From positions 28,732,327 to 28,766,843 of the forward strand of contig JBOZIK010000001.1 of assembly GCA_051453625.1 (NCBI GenBank): 34,517 nucleotides of DNA, written 5' to 3'. Origin of the DNA: Welwitschia mirabilis. Taxonomy: Eukaryota. Below are positions 10,549 to 23,965 of the stretch, piece after piece. Both the position numbers and the translations under genes were made by a program. Position 1 is the stretch's first letter. Each line of letters starts with the position of its first letter. A model generated the notes under the pieces. The model saw only the letters and a program-made list of their open reading frames with translations, was not told the DNA's origin and made no database searches.

Positions 10549-13500
10549 ATGGTGAAGCATGGTAAAAAGACAAAATATTAGAGAGAACAGAACCTGATCA
10601 AAGAAAATATTAGAAAAGGATTATTCAACTTCAAGCTAAATCTAGGTATGCACACCCCTACTATGCAAATTCCTAGAATTGAAAAAGAAGATTTTTCACT
10701 TTTATTATTTCAGAATAAGATTTTACAAAAGAAAATTTTAGGGTAGAAGTAAATTATATTATTTCTTCAAATATGTCAAACGTATCAAAATCATCACAAA
10801 AACAAAAGCAAGTCACTTCATCTAATACTTCAATTATAATAGAAATTTCTTCCTCAAATGCAAATGTTACTATTAGGAATTTAATTGTAAATAAAAAATT
10901 TCAAAGTAGTAATTTTTTTTATTTACTTCCTAAAAATGGTGTAGAATTAAGAAATTTAAGTACTTATCCAACTTTTTTGAGGGAACTAGAGGAACACCCT
11001 TTTGAACATTTGGCTAACATTGGATAACTTGTGCTTACCTCAGGAAATGGGAAGAAATGTATTAGTGACTATACTTATATGATTATTTTTCCAATTACAC
11101 TTTGAATGAGAGAAAAATTTTGGCTTAAAACTATACCACATAAAGTATTAAATCTTGGATTCAAGTGCAAGAAGTATTTATTAAACAATTTTTAAGTGAG
11201 AGTTCTATGAGGAATAAAAGAAAAGAAGTAACCAACTTTTAACCAAAAAATTATGAGGATTATGCAATAGCGTATGAACATTTTATAATTGCTAGCCATT
11301 CTAATCCTATTGATGAATTTCATAATGAAGAGCTAATAGATTATTTTTACAGTGGATTGAATACTTCAATAAAGTAATTGGTAGATTTTTATTATAAAGG
11401 AAAATTATTAAATTTAGGCCTAGATGATGCACGGAGTGTGTTAGAAAATTTGGTAAAAATAAGTCAAACTTAGCCTAAATCCACTAAGGAAAATTACACT
11501 GTAGGTTAAATTCTAAAGGGTGTAAAAAATGTGAAACATGATAAGGAAGAAGAAAGTAAGGACTTAACCAACCTGATGAAAGATTTTACTACTACTTTAG
11601 AGAAGTATACACAATAATAGTTGATGAAAAGATGGTAAAGAATGAAAACTTAACTTCAAATTATGAAATTTATGACGATGATTCTTATCCAACAAAAGAA
11701 TGCCATTTGTTACCAACTTGTAAGGAAAAGATGTTTGAGAAAGTATGTGCCTTTAACCAAAGAGCATCTAATTGTAAAAATTAGTCACAATTTCAACAAT
11801 AATTAGGTGGAAAATCTCAATGGAAACCATTTAAAAGTATATTCAATAATTCCAAATTTTAACCTAATTTTCAACAAAATCAGAATGATTTACTTAGAGA
11901 ATCCATAGAAGGGATGAGAAAAGTATAGGAGAAAACTAATAGAAACATTAAGAACCTAGTAAATGTGCTTTGATAAACAATGCTTACTAACCAAAGACCA
12001 TAAAGGTATCTTGCATGTCAATCAATTCCCAACTCAAATGAAGTTAGAAGAGATTTGAAGTTAGTGACAAAAAGTGAAAAATATATAATGCCTTCTACCT
12101 ATGAGGTTTTAACTTCTAAACATAATAAAATAAATGAGAAGATGATGTGGAAATTCTAGATTCTTACAACCTTCCATCAACATCACCTACTAAGACCTCT
12201 ACCACAAATACTATACAAGGAAATAGAGGAAAAAAACCATCCACATCTTAGCTTAATAGATTGAATACAAATCCTACTTTTGATGAACACCTAAAAGCTC
12301 TAATGGAAAAAGTCAACTTCAAACTACCCTTTTGGAAACTTTTTCTAGAAAATCAAAAATATTTTAAGTTATGTAAGGATTTAGTAATAATAAAGAAAAA
12401 CATATTATTCCTAGTAAAGTTTTATCTCCAAATCTCTTTTCAACTTAGTCATGCAAAAATGTCCTAATTTTGAAGACCCTAGGGCTACAATTGTAAGTGT
12501 TACCTTAGAAGAAAATAAAAGAATTCGAAAAGCCTTGATTAACATAGGAGTAAGTGTAAACATCATGCCTTTCCATATATGAAAAAGGCTTAGATTAGAA
12601 AATAGAGTTAAACCTATATCAATCATCTTAGAGTTAGCTAACACCTTAATCAAGAAACCACTAGGAATTATCAAGAACCTAGTCATCAAAATCAAAGAAG
12701 CATTTTATCTCATTAATGTTTTTATAATTGAGATAGAACATGATGGAGGATATCCACTACTTTTAGAAAAATCCATTTGTGTAGCCACCCATTACATCAT
12801 CAACACATCATCTGGGATGATGTGATACCATTTTGACAATAAAAAAATTACCATTAGAGTTTTTGATGCTATTGAAAAATACATAGGCACTGAGTTTAAC
12901 TTTGAATATGAATTAGAACCAACCTTGATTTTATAATATCAACCAATTAAAGAGAGATTAATTATGCTACATAAAATAACTTTTTATGATGACCTCACCA
13001 AAACAAACTATCTTAAGTATGAGGATGAAGAACAGATAGACTGGGAAGAAACTCAACATCTTTACTCAATAGAAATATGTTTTGATGCATGCTATCCCAC
13101 ATCTGTCATTCTCACAATAGATGGGACGACATCCCTAAATACCATCCTTGAGCTTAAGAAATTACCCCAAAGATTAAAATACATTTTTATATCTGAAAAT
13201 CAAATAAAACCTCTAATAATAAATGATCTTCTCACTCCTCAATAAGAATCCAACTTGATCTTACTCTTAATTTCAAAAGAAAATGCCTTTTCTTGGATAC
13301 ATAAAGACTTAGTTGCTCTTTCTCTTTGCATAGTTCAACATAAAAGTTACCTTGAAGACAATGTTAAATCTATTAGGAAACCCTAAAGAAGACTTAATCT
13401 AGCCCTTAAACAAATCATTAAAGATGAAATAATTAAACTCATGGATGCTGAAATTATACATGCCTTATCCAATAGTGAGTGGGTTAGTCCTTTTATAGTA

Positions 13501-16053
13501 GTTCTAAAGAAAGGGAGGAAATGGATAATGTGCATCGATTTTAGAAAAATTAATGAGGTCACTAAAAAAGGTCATTGCTCTTTATTCTTTCTTGATTAAG
13601 TATTTGAGAGAATCTAAGGTCATGTCTGCTATTATTTTCTTAATGAGTATAATGGCTATAATCAAATTTCTATAGTAAGTAAAGACTAAGATAAAACCAC
13701 TTTCACTTCTTTCTTTGAAACCTTTGCTTTTAAATGAATGCCCTTTGGACTTTGTAATGCACATATAATCTTTCAATGAGTCATGATCAGGATCTTCTCT
13801 CATGTGATAGAAGATTTTATTGAAATTTTATGGATTACTTCTCCATCTTTGATGATACTTTTGAACAAACTATAGTAATATTAGAGAAAGTCCTACATCG
13901 ATGTATTGAGAGTGGCTTACATTTGAATTAGAAAAAAAGTTTTATCTTTGTCCAATATGGAATTGTTTTAGGTAATTACATTTTAAAAGAAGAGATTAGG
14001 ATAGATTCCACTAAATTTAATATGATTAAAAATCTTATCTCTCTAATGAATGTCAAACAAGTTAGATCTTTCCTTGGACATGCTGATTTTTATTGATGAT
14101 TCATTTATGATTATGCTAGAATTTATAAACATATCCATTTCTTANNNNNNNNNNNNNNNNNNNNNNATTGGAATGATTCATGCCAACCTACACTTAACAC
14201 CTTCAAAGAAAACATTTCTTCTAAATCTATTGTTATGGATCTCTATTGGAGTAAAAATTTTGAACTTATGTGTAATGCAAGCAACATTATTGTAGGAGGG
14301 ATTCTTGGCCAAACATATGAAAATGTTTTCAAAGTCATATCTTATCTTAGTAAAAAAAATTTCCCAATCCTAATGCAACCACACTACTACCAAGAGAGAA
14401 ACGCTTGCTATTATCTTTTTCCTAGATCATCTTTGACATTATCGTCTTAGTTTTTACATTAATATTTACATAGTTTTTGTAGCTATTTACTATCTCATGA
14501 ATAAAAANNNNNNNNNNGACTCTAGCACAAGACTTATTAGATGGATCATTCTCATTCAAGAATTTAATCTTACCATCATTAATAAGGCTAGAACAAGTAA
14601 TAGTATTGTTGATCATCTATCTTGACTTTTTTTCTCTCATGATGAAACTCCCATTAATGAATATTTTTCTAATGAATAAATCTTTGTAATTAAACAAGTT
14701 TATGTCATATCATCCTATAATCCTACTCCTTAGTATGCTGACATCGTGAATTACCTTATGACTATGAAAACTCCTTAGTATTAAAATCATAACCAACATA
14801 AAACTTTACTCCATAGGATCAGTGACTATGAGTGAAATGAATCCCATCTTTATAGACATTGCAAATATAAAATTATACGTAATTATATGCCTGAGTGAGA
14901 AAATTTATAAATCTTAAAACTTTGCCATGGTGGGGTATGTCGAGGACATTTTAGTGGCCAAAATATTGCCATGAAAATTATTCACTTTGGTTTTTATTGG
15001 CCTACATTTTTCGAAGACTCATTTGACTTTTCTAGGAAGTGTGATACGTGTCAATTCTATGGTATCTTAACTTGTTCTTATGATATGCTCCTCAAACCTA
15101 TACTTAAACATGAACCTTTTGATTATTAGGGAATTAACTTTATAGGCCCAATTACACACCTTCTTAGGAGAAAAATTATATGATTGTAGCTATTGATTAT
15201 GATACTAAGTGGGATGGAGCTATTCCTACTACTAAAAATGATGCCTGAACCATTTGCAACTTTGTTAGAACTTATATTTTTCAATGATTTGGTATTTTAA
15301 AAATTATCATTAGTGATCAAGGAACTTATTCTATTAATCATATTTTTTAAAAACTTCTTTTATTCATTAGTGTTGAATATAGAATTTCTTGTACCTATCA
15401 TCCTTAAACCAATGGTCAAAATAAAAATTTAAATAGAAAATTAAGAAAATGGTTCAAAAATTATTCTTTCTAAATAATAAAATTTGGTTTTATAAACTTA
15501 ATGATGTCCTTTGGGCTTACTATATTACTTGGCATGACTCTCTAGGTTTCTCACCCTAGGAACTTATATATGGCAAAGTGTGTATGTTATAAGTTAATGT
15601 TTACTATAATTCTTATTGATTCACCTGTCAACTTAACCTTGAAGATTTGAATGATGATCTTAAAATTTGATTAACTTAACTTAACAATTTAGACACAAAA
15701 TGTATTGATGCTTTACATCTTTAACTCATTCATAAAACTCAAGCCAAGTTTAGACATGATAAAAAAATTATTTATAAACAATTTGAACTTGGTCAACTTG
15801 TCCTTCTATATAATAAGTACAGCTTTTGTACAACAAGTTAACTTCTAAATAGTTAGATCCTTATCTTATTGAAAAAGTACACTCAAATGGTTCAGTTAAA
15901 ATATTTGATCTAAACACTAGAGAAATCTAAAAGGTTAATGAACAAAGGTTAAAACTTCATGGGTAATCTCTTAATAAAATCTTGAAGATAATAGAAGCAC
16001 TTATTTTGGAAGCTCCTCTTCATGAGGAGGACCTTCCTTTTGCCATTATATAA
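10549..16053 (+). pseudogene. gag-pol: Degenerate gag-pol polyprotein, copy 1 (gag, aspartic protease, RT, RNase H, integrase)
   Basis: Fragments across stops and frameshifts: gag YPTF...EHPFEHL...IFPITL...WLKTIP (~10960-11140); protease KALINIGVSVNIMP (~12530); LELKKLPQRLKYIF (~13150); RT SEWVSPFIVVLKK..MCIDFRK (~13475), MPFGLCNA (~13738), FMDYFS (~13827); RNase H FELMCNAS (~14260); integrase CH..GHF..GFYWPT..CDTCQ (14922-15055), YHP*TNGQ (~15397), KVNEQRLK (~15930). Confidence 0.95.
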
Positions 16054-16369
16054 ATTCTTTCTTAACTCATTTCTTAGGTAACATCATGTTATTAGTTGAA
16101 TATCTTTAACTTGACATATATATTTACTTAAACAGTTTCTATAATTAATAATATTTTACTTGTGCATTTTCAATAATAAAATTGACTTCATCTAATTTTT
16201 AGATATTTGTATGTCTACAAGCTTTATTTTGAAAGGAATATGCCTTGGTTTTTTTTTCTTTTAATGATGTGAGTAAATTAGTTGTTTTTACATGTTCTTA
16301 CTTTGTTACTCATCTGATTTCTTCACTTTTATCCTTATAAGTACTTAATCATGGGGAATNNNNNNNNNN

Positions 16370-16381
16370 AGAGAGAGAGAG

Positions 16382-16438
<57 letters not shown>
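16370..16438 (+). repeat. (GA)n microsatellite downstream of pol
   Basis: About 34 AG units with one interruption, adjacent to a 10-N gap. Confidence 0.98.
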
Positions 16439-16441
<3 letters not shown>

Positions 16442-16639
16442 AAAGTAATAAATACCATGCTCTTTCATGTTATGTCTTCAAATATAGTAATCATGATATC
16501 CTACCACAAGTACACTGGGGCAAATATTCCCGAGAGAGGCCTTTGGTATAGTGATATGGTAGCTATGGAAACTCCACTAGGGGGTCAGTTGGTTATGCTC
16601 TGTGGGTCTTTACTCCTCCGAGAGTGGTTGCACTCCCCT

Positions 16640-16739
16640 NNNNNNNNNNNNNNNNNNNNNNNNNNNNNNNNNNNNNNNNNNNNNNNNNNNNNNNNNNNNN
16701 NNNNNNNNNNNNNNNNNNNNNNNNNNNNNNNNNNNNNNN
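16640..16739. other. Assembly gap (100 N, probably unsized)
   Basis: Run of exactly 100 N. By comparison with copy 2, about 1.5 kb of 3' region plus ~0.46 kb of LTR are missing here. Confidence 0.95.
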
Positions 16740-17484
16740 TAGAACCTTAATTAAAACTATAAATATCCCTTACCTTCTTCATTTTTGTTTCCATTTTTAG
16801 TACCTAATATGCTTGTGATGGATGATTGAAGGATAAGAAGTCCATCTAGTAGCCATAGAAAGAAGTTCACTTGGTGTTAGACTGAGTTTCTTTAATTGAT
16901 GTACTACTATATTATTTCAAGTGGATGTAAAGTTCTCAAATTAATATAATTACTCTTTTAATAAATACAATTATCTTTTCATTTTAATTCTATTTATGTC
17001 CCTTATGACCAATTTGATCATAGTTTAAAATAATAATTTTGTGATTTATCTAGATCATAAGGGCAACCTTTATCAAGTTTAATCTTAGTTAGTATTAGAT
17101 TTACATTGCTATTTCATTATACTTTCACATTGCATTTTATGTTCTACTTGGTGTATCTCATAGTTCACATTGAATGCGAATAAGTTCATCACTCTTGTTA
17201 ATTAGTCTAGATTATATAGAACCTAGTTCTTATGATAGAAGGATTATAAAATTAATAGTATTAATCTTAACTTCATTTGCATATCATTTCTATATACATG
17301 CATTACATTTGCTTTATTATTTACTTTCTATTTTTATAAGATAAAAAGACCAAAAATATCTTGGAAATCAGTTCTTTAGAAATTTAGGTTAACTCTCGTC
17401 TATACTAGTATGTGTTTTTCTACAAGTTATTTAATTATAGGTTTAGCTGAAGAACTTCAAGATTGCTAAATTCACACCATAATA
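16740..17484 (+). repeat. Middle LTR (LTR2), 3' portion; 5' part lost in the gap
   Basis: Aligns to LTR1 from ~9210 to its end, TATAAATA at 16758-16765, ends CACACCATAATA (decayed ...GCAACA). More diverged than LTR1 vs LTR3 and has a ~30-bp deletion near 17380. Confidence 0.9.
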
Positions 17485-17487
17485 TTT

Positions 17488-17505
17488 TAACATTATTATG
17501 AGAGA
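17488..17505 (+). promoter_or_regulatory. Heavily decayed tRNA-Asp PBS of the second internal region
   Basis: TAACATTATTATGAGAGA at the same position as PBS1. It differs from TGGCGCCGTTGCCGGGGA at 11 sites, 10 of them G>A or C>T. Confidence 0.7.
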
Positions 17506-18043
17506 AGGTCAAGTTTGAGAATTATTACTAACAAGATAAGTTTTTTAAATCCTTTATTTAGGACATTTATTTGAATCAGCTCTATATTTCTAGATTAGCT
17601 TAAAGTAGATTTATTTATACAAATTTTATTTTCTATAATTTCTAGGGGCCTTGTCATTCTCTCTATCATCCCAATGACATTGGACATGATAGTTATGAAA
17701 TTCCAAAATTTATTTTTGCTTTCATAATTTTTCTTCTATTTATAGTTTGATAGTAAAGTTACTATTATTTCTTTTGTCATCCCCATGATATACTGGATGA
17801 AAGTCTATACCTTTTTCAAATTTTACATTTTTCTTTTATGCAATTTTAATAAACTAATTATCATCTTATTTGATATCCTCACAACAGGTTGAATGACAAT
17901 TTAATTTCTTTGATGTTAATAATTTTTTCACATTTTTAATATCTGTTACTATGATCATCACCCTCCTTGTCATTCCCATAAATAGGCAGATGGCAGTCTA
18001 TTATTTCTTATTTTAGTTTTTATTTTTTTTAAAATAAAGGAAT

Positions 18044-21000
18044 ATGATAAATTCTAGTAGAAAGACAAAATATTAGAGAGAGCAGAACCTAATGGAAGAA
18101 AACATTAAAGAAGGATTATTTGACTTTGAGCTAAATCCAAGTACACAGATTCTAGGTATTCAAATTTTAGAATCAGAGAAGAAGATTTCTTATTTTTATT
18201 ATTTCAAAATAATATTTTGCAAAAAAAAATGTTGTACGATAGAAGTAGATCATATTATTTCTTCCTCAAATATGTCAGATGTATTAAAATCTTCACAAAA
18301 ATAAAAATAAGTTTTTTCATCTAATATCCAATCATAATAGGGAATTTTTCTTCGAATGTAAACATCACTCTTAGAAATTTAATTACTAATATAAAATACA
18401 AAATTCAAAGTCCTTTTGATTTAACTCTTAGAGATGATGTATAATTAAGGAATTTAACTACTTATCCAACTTTTTACATGAAATCCATGAAGGACCCTTT
18501 CCAACATTTAGCTGACATTGAACAACTTATGCATACCTCGAGAAATGGAAAAAACTTTATTAGTAACCATATCTATATGATTATCTTTGCAGTTATACTT
18601 AGAGGAAGAGAAAAAATTTGGCTTGAAACTATCCCACATAAAAGTCTTCTCTTGGAGTCAAATGTGAGAGGTATTTATTAAACATTTTTTGAGTGAGAGT
18701 CCCATGAAGAAAAGAAGAAAAGAAGTAATCAACTTTTAACAGCAACCTTATGAGGATTATGTAATATCCTATGAACACTTTATAATAGCTAGTCATTCCA
18801 ATCCTATTGATGAATTTTAGAAGATAGAACAAGTTGACTATTTCTACAGTGGATTAAATGTTCTAACTAAGAAACTTATAGATTTTTCTTATGGAGGTAA
18901 TTTGTTGACATTAGTCTTAGAAGAAGCATGGATAGTATTAGAAAAATTAGTAGAAATAATTCAAAGTTGGCTTAAATTCTAAAGAAAATTATACTATAGG
19001 CCAAATTCTAAAAGATTTAAAGGAAGTGAAACATGACAAGGAAGAAGAAAGAGAGGAATTAACCAACTAAATGAAACATTTTACTACTACTTTATAGAAG
19101 CATACACAAATGATAGTTGATGTAAAAGTAGTAAAGAATAGAAACTCAACTTCAAATTATAAAATTTATAAAGATAACTCTCATCTAACAAAAGAATATC
19201 CTTTGCTACCAACTTATAAAGAAAATATGTTTAAGGAAGTTTATTCTTTCAATCAAAAAACATATAATTGTAAAAGCCAACTATAATTTCAATAAATATT
19301 AGGTGAATAATATCAATAAAAACATTTGGAAAATAGATTAAAAAATTCAAACTTCCAAAAAAATTAAAATGATCCACTCAAGAAATCCATAGAGAGGTTA
19401 AAAATAATGCAAGATAAAATTAACAACAATATTAAAAGAATTAATAATAGCATTGACAAGACTAATAGCAATGTTAAAAAGTTAGTGAATGTGCTCTAAT
19501 AGATAATGCTTATGAATTAAATATCACAATGGTCCCTTACATTTCAATTATTACCTAACCCAAATGAAGTTAGAAGATATTTTAAAATAGTAATGAAAAG
19601 TGAAAATGATAAAACACCTCCTAACCATGAGGTTTTAAATTCTAAAAATAATGAAATGAACAAGGAAGATGACATAGAAATTTTATATTCATACTACCAT
19701 CCATTAACATCACCTACTAAAGCCTCCACTAAAAATACTTTATAAGAAAACAAAGGAGAGAAATCATTCACTCGTTGGCTTGATTAATTGAATACAAATT
19801 CTACATTTGTTGAACACTTAAAATAATTAATGAAATTAGTAAACATCAAATTGTCCTTTTGAAAACTCTTGTAAGAAGATCCTAAATATTATAATTTATG
19901 GAAGGACTTAGTAAGAAGAAAGTAAAAACATATCATTCCTAGTTAAGTTTTTCTTGCTCAATCTCTTTCCAACTTAGTCATGCAAGAATGTTCTAAATTC
20001 AAAGACCCTAGGGCTATAACTTTGAGTGTTATCTTAAAAGAAAATAAAATAATTTAAAAAGATTTAATTAACATATGAAAATGTGTAAACATCATGCCTT
20101 TCCTCATATGTAAGAGACTTGAGCTATAAAATAGAGTAGAACCTACATGAATTATTTTGGAATTAGATGATACCTTAATCAAGAAACCATTAGGAATTAT
20201 TAATAACTTAGTTTTCCAAATTAAGAAGGCTTTTATCACATAGATGTTGTGATCATTAAGATAGAACATAATAGAGGTTAGCAACTCCTTTTAGCAAGAG
20301 CCTTTTTTTTACAATTGTTGATTATATCAATGACACATAAACTAGGATGATGACATATCAATTTGGCAATAGACAAATTACCATTAGAGTCTTTAATGCT
20401 ACTAAAAATAACATAAAAACTGATTTTAACGTTAAAAATGAGATCAAACCAACCTTGTTTTTACAACATTGACCAATTGAGGAAATATTAATCATGCTAT
20501 ATGAACCAACTTTGTATCATAACCCCACTAAAACACATTGTCTTGAGTCTGAGGATACAAAACACATTAATTGGGAAGAAAATCAACATTTTTATTTGGT
20601 ATAAAAACCTTTTGTAAAGTGTTTTCCCATGTTTGTCATTCCCATAACAGAGGGGACAATAACATAAAATTGTAGCCTTAAGAAATTATTAAAAGTTTTA
20701 AAATATATTTTTCTCTCCAAAAATAAAACAAAACCCATGATAATTAGTGACCTTCTTAGTCCTCAAAAAGAATCAAACTTATTTTCACTCTTAATTTTGA
20801 AAGAAAATGCCTTTGCTTAGACACATTATGATTTAGCTATCATTCCTCTTTCCATTGTTTAGCATAAGACTTACCTTAAAGATAATGCTAGACCTATTAT
20901 TTAGCCCTAAAGAAAACTTAATATAGCCATAAATAAATAGCTTAAGCTTAAATCATTAGACTTATGAATTCTAGAATCATATAAGCCATATTTAATAGCA

Positions 21001-23562
21001 TGTGGATTAGTCCTTTAATGGTAGTTCTAAAGAAAGAGGGGACAAAGAATCTGCATTGATTTTTGAAAACTTAATGAGATTACTAAAAAGGATTATTTCT
21101 CTTTACCCATTCTTGATTAAGTTCTTGATAGAATCTAATGTTATGCCTACTATTATTTTTTTAAGGAATATAGTGACTATATTCAAATTTGTATAGTACA
21201 TGAAGACCAAGCTAAAATCACTTTCATCTTACCCTTTAGAACCTTTACTTTTAGGTTAATCCACTTTAAACTTTTTAATCTCCTTAGAACCTTTTAATGC
21301 ACCATTATGAGGATCTTTTTTGATATGATAGAAGATTCTATTGAAATTTTATGGAGGAATCTCCATCTTTATTGATACTTTTGAATACACTATAGAGAGA
21401 TTAGAAAACATCCGAGTTCAATGTATTAAGAGTGGCTTGCATTTGAGTTGGAAAAATACTTTTCTTCTTGTCAAATATGAAATTATTTTAGGTCATTACA
21501 TTTTAAAAGAAGGGAGTACGATGGATTCCATAAAAGTTTATATCATTAAAAACCTTAGTCCTCTAACTAAGTTTAAAATAATTTAGATCTTTTCTTAGTC
21601 ATGCTAGTTTTTATCAACATTTTATTCATGATTATATTATAATTTATAAAATCTCTCTACTCCTTACTTAAAAAGAATGTTAAATTAAATTGGAATGATT
21701 CATGTCATCCTGCATTTGAAATCATCAAAGAAAACATTTTTTATAACCTATTATGATGAGTTTTGATTGGAGAAAAGACTTTGAACTTATGTGTAATGCA
21801 CATAACATTGTTATAGGGGTTCTAGATAAAAATGCAAAAACATTTTTAAAGTTATATCTTATTTTAGTAAAACTTTATCCCTAGCCTAATCTAATTACAC
21901 TACTAATAAAAGAGAAATGCTTGCCATTATTGTTTACCTAGATCATCTTCAATATTATCTTCTTGGCTTTTACATCAATATTTACATAGATCATGTAGCC
22001 ATTCACTCTCTTATGACTAAAAGGACACTAGTGCTAAACTTATTATGTAGGTTTTTCTCATTCAAAAATTTAATCTTACCATCATTGATAAAGCTAAAAA
22101 CAAAATATTGCTATTAGTCATCTATATTGACTTTCTTGCTCTCATGATAAATTTCCCATAAATGACTCTGTTCTATATTAATAACTCTTTACAATTAAGA
22201 AACTTGATGTCCTCTTTTCTACTCATCTTACTTCTTGGTATGCTAATATTATGAACTACCTTTTTGCTATAAAAACTCCTTATCATTGGAACCATAACCA
22301 ACATAAATCATTTCTTAATAAGATTAATGACTATGAGGGGAATGGACCCCATATTTATAAACATTACAAAGATTAAATTATGCATAAGTATATGCCTAAG
22401 TGTAAAATTTTAGAAATCCTAAAACTTTACCATAGTGGGGTATGTAAAGGATACTTTAGTGGATGAAAGAATATCATGAAAATTTTTCACTTCCATTTTA
22501 TTGGCCTACTCTTTTAAAGAATTACTTTGTCTTTTCTAGAAGGTGTAATGCATATTAATATTACGATGACCTAACTCATTCTCAAGATATGCCACTTAAA
22601 CATATACTTAAGTGTGAACCTTATGATTATTAGGAAATTAGTGTTATAGGCATAATTACACCACCTTTTCATGATAAAAGTTATACCCTTATAGTAGTAG
22701 ATTATGTTACTATGTGGGTCGAAGTTCTTTCTCCTATCAAAAATGATGCTTGAACCATTTACAACTTTGTTACAACTCATATTTTTTAATGTATTAGTTT
22801 TTCATGAATTATCATTAGTGATCAAGGAACACATTTCATTAATCATCTTTTTCAAAAACATCTTTTAACCATTGGTGTTAAATATAGAATTACTTATGCT
22901 TATCATCCTCAAACTAATGGACAAGCTAAAAATGCAAATAGAGAAATCAAAAAGATGATTTAAAATTAGTCTCTATCAATTAAAAAAATTAGTCCTTTAA
23001 ACTTATTAATGTTATTTGGGCTTATCCTACTACTTGACATAACTCTTCAGGTTTCTTACTATATGAACTTATGTACATAAAAATTTGTATTTTACTATCT
23101 AATGTTTGCTATAATTCTTGTTGATTCACCTATTAACTTATTCTCATAAACTTTAATGACAACATTAAAAATAGGTTAGCCTAGCTTGACCATTTAGATG
23201 TAAAACATACTCATGCTTTACATCATTAACTCATTGATAAAGTTCAAGGCAATATTAGACATGATAAAAAGATTCTTCATTAGTAGTTTAAATGTAGTTA
23301 ATTTGTCCTTTTGTATAACATCAAAGAACACGTTTTACATAATAAGTTAACTTCTAAATGGTTAGAACCTTACTTATAAAGAAAGTACACTCAAATGGAT
23401 TAGTTTAAATCTCTAATCCAAACACAATAGAAATCTGAAAAAGTTAATGGACAAAGGATAGAAATTTATCAGTAATCTCTTGATAACACTTTGAACTTAA
23501 TATAAGAACTTATTTTAAAGGCCCCTCTTAATGAGAAGGACATTTCTTTTGTCATTATTTAA
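18044..23562 (+). pseudogene. gag-pol: Degenerate gag-pol polyprotein, copy 2
   Basis: Collinear with copy 1. Gag KDPFQHL...IFAVILRGREKIWLETIP (ORF 18478-18681); protease region ~20060-20100; RT WISPLMVVL..ICIDF (~21000-21060); RNase H FELMCNA (~21780) and MLAIIVYLDHLQYYLLG..IYIDH (21917); integrase FYWPT (~22496), YHPQTNGQ (~22901), KVNGQR (~23441). Confidence 0.95.
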
Positions 23563-23869
23563 ATTCCTTATTAACTCATTTCTTACGTAAATATCATGTT
23601 ACCACTTGAATATTTTTAACTTGACATATGTATTTACTTATTAAGTTTCCATGATTAGTAATATTTTACCTAAGAATTTAGATGATAAGATTGGATTTAT
23701 TTAATTTTTAGACATTCTTATGTTTATGAACTTCATTTTAAAGGAATATATCTTGGTTCTTTTGTTTTCTTTTAATGGTATAAGTAATTAGTTATTTTTT
23801 CATGTTCTTACTATATCACTCCTCTCATTACTTCAGTATTATCCTTACAAGTACTTTATATGTAAATAT

Positions 23870-23965
23870 AAAGGAAAAAGAAGGGTAGGAAGTGGGGAGA
23901 GGAGGGCGAGGAGGGGCAGGGAGGGGGGTGGAGGGATGGGGGGCGGGGGGAAAGGAGGGGAGGGG
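23870..23965 (+). repeat. G-rich polypurine tract with many G3-G7 runs (G-quadruplex potential)
   Basis: AAGGGTAGGAAGTGGGGAGAGGAGGGCGAGGAGGGGCAGGGAGGGGGTGGAGGGATGGGGGGCGGGGGGAAAGGAGGGGAGGGG. It sits at the position occupied by (GA)n in copy 1. Confidence 0.9.

Noticed and set aside
12411-12695. Antisense ORFs over pol (also 13582, 14422, 18629, 20054, 22571)
   Set aside because: Shadow frames of the sense gag-pol pseudogenes.
16351-16551. Arg-Glu repeat protein
   Set aside because: Translation of the (GA)n microsatellite plus a gap.
16574-16600. CCACTAGGGGGTCAG resembles a CTCF site, and TCAGTTGGTTA resembles a tRNA D-loop
   Set aside because: Plants lack CTCF and the match needs an indel. 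No tRNA cloverleaf or T-loop (GTTCRA) can be built.
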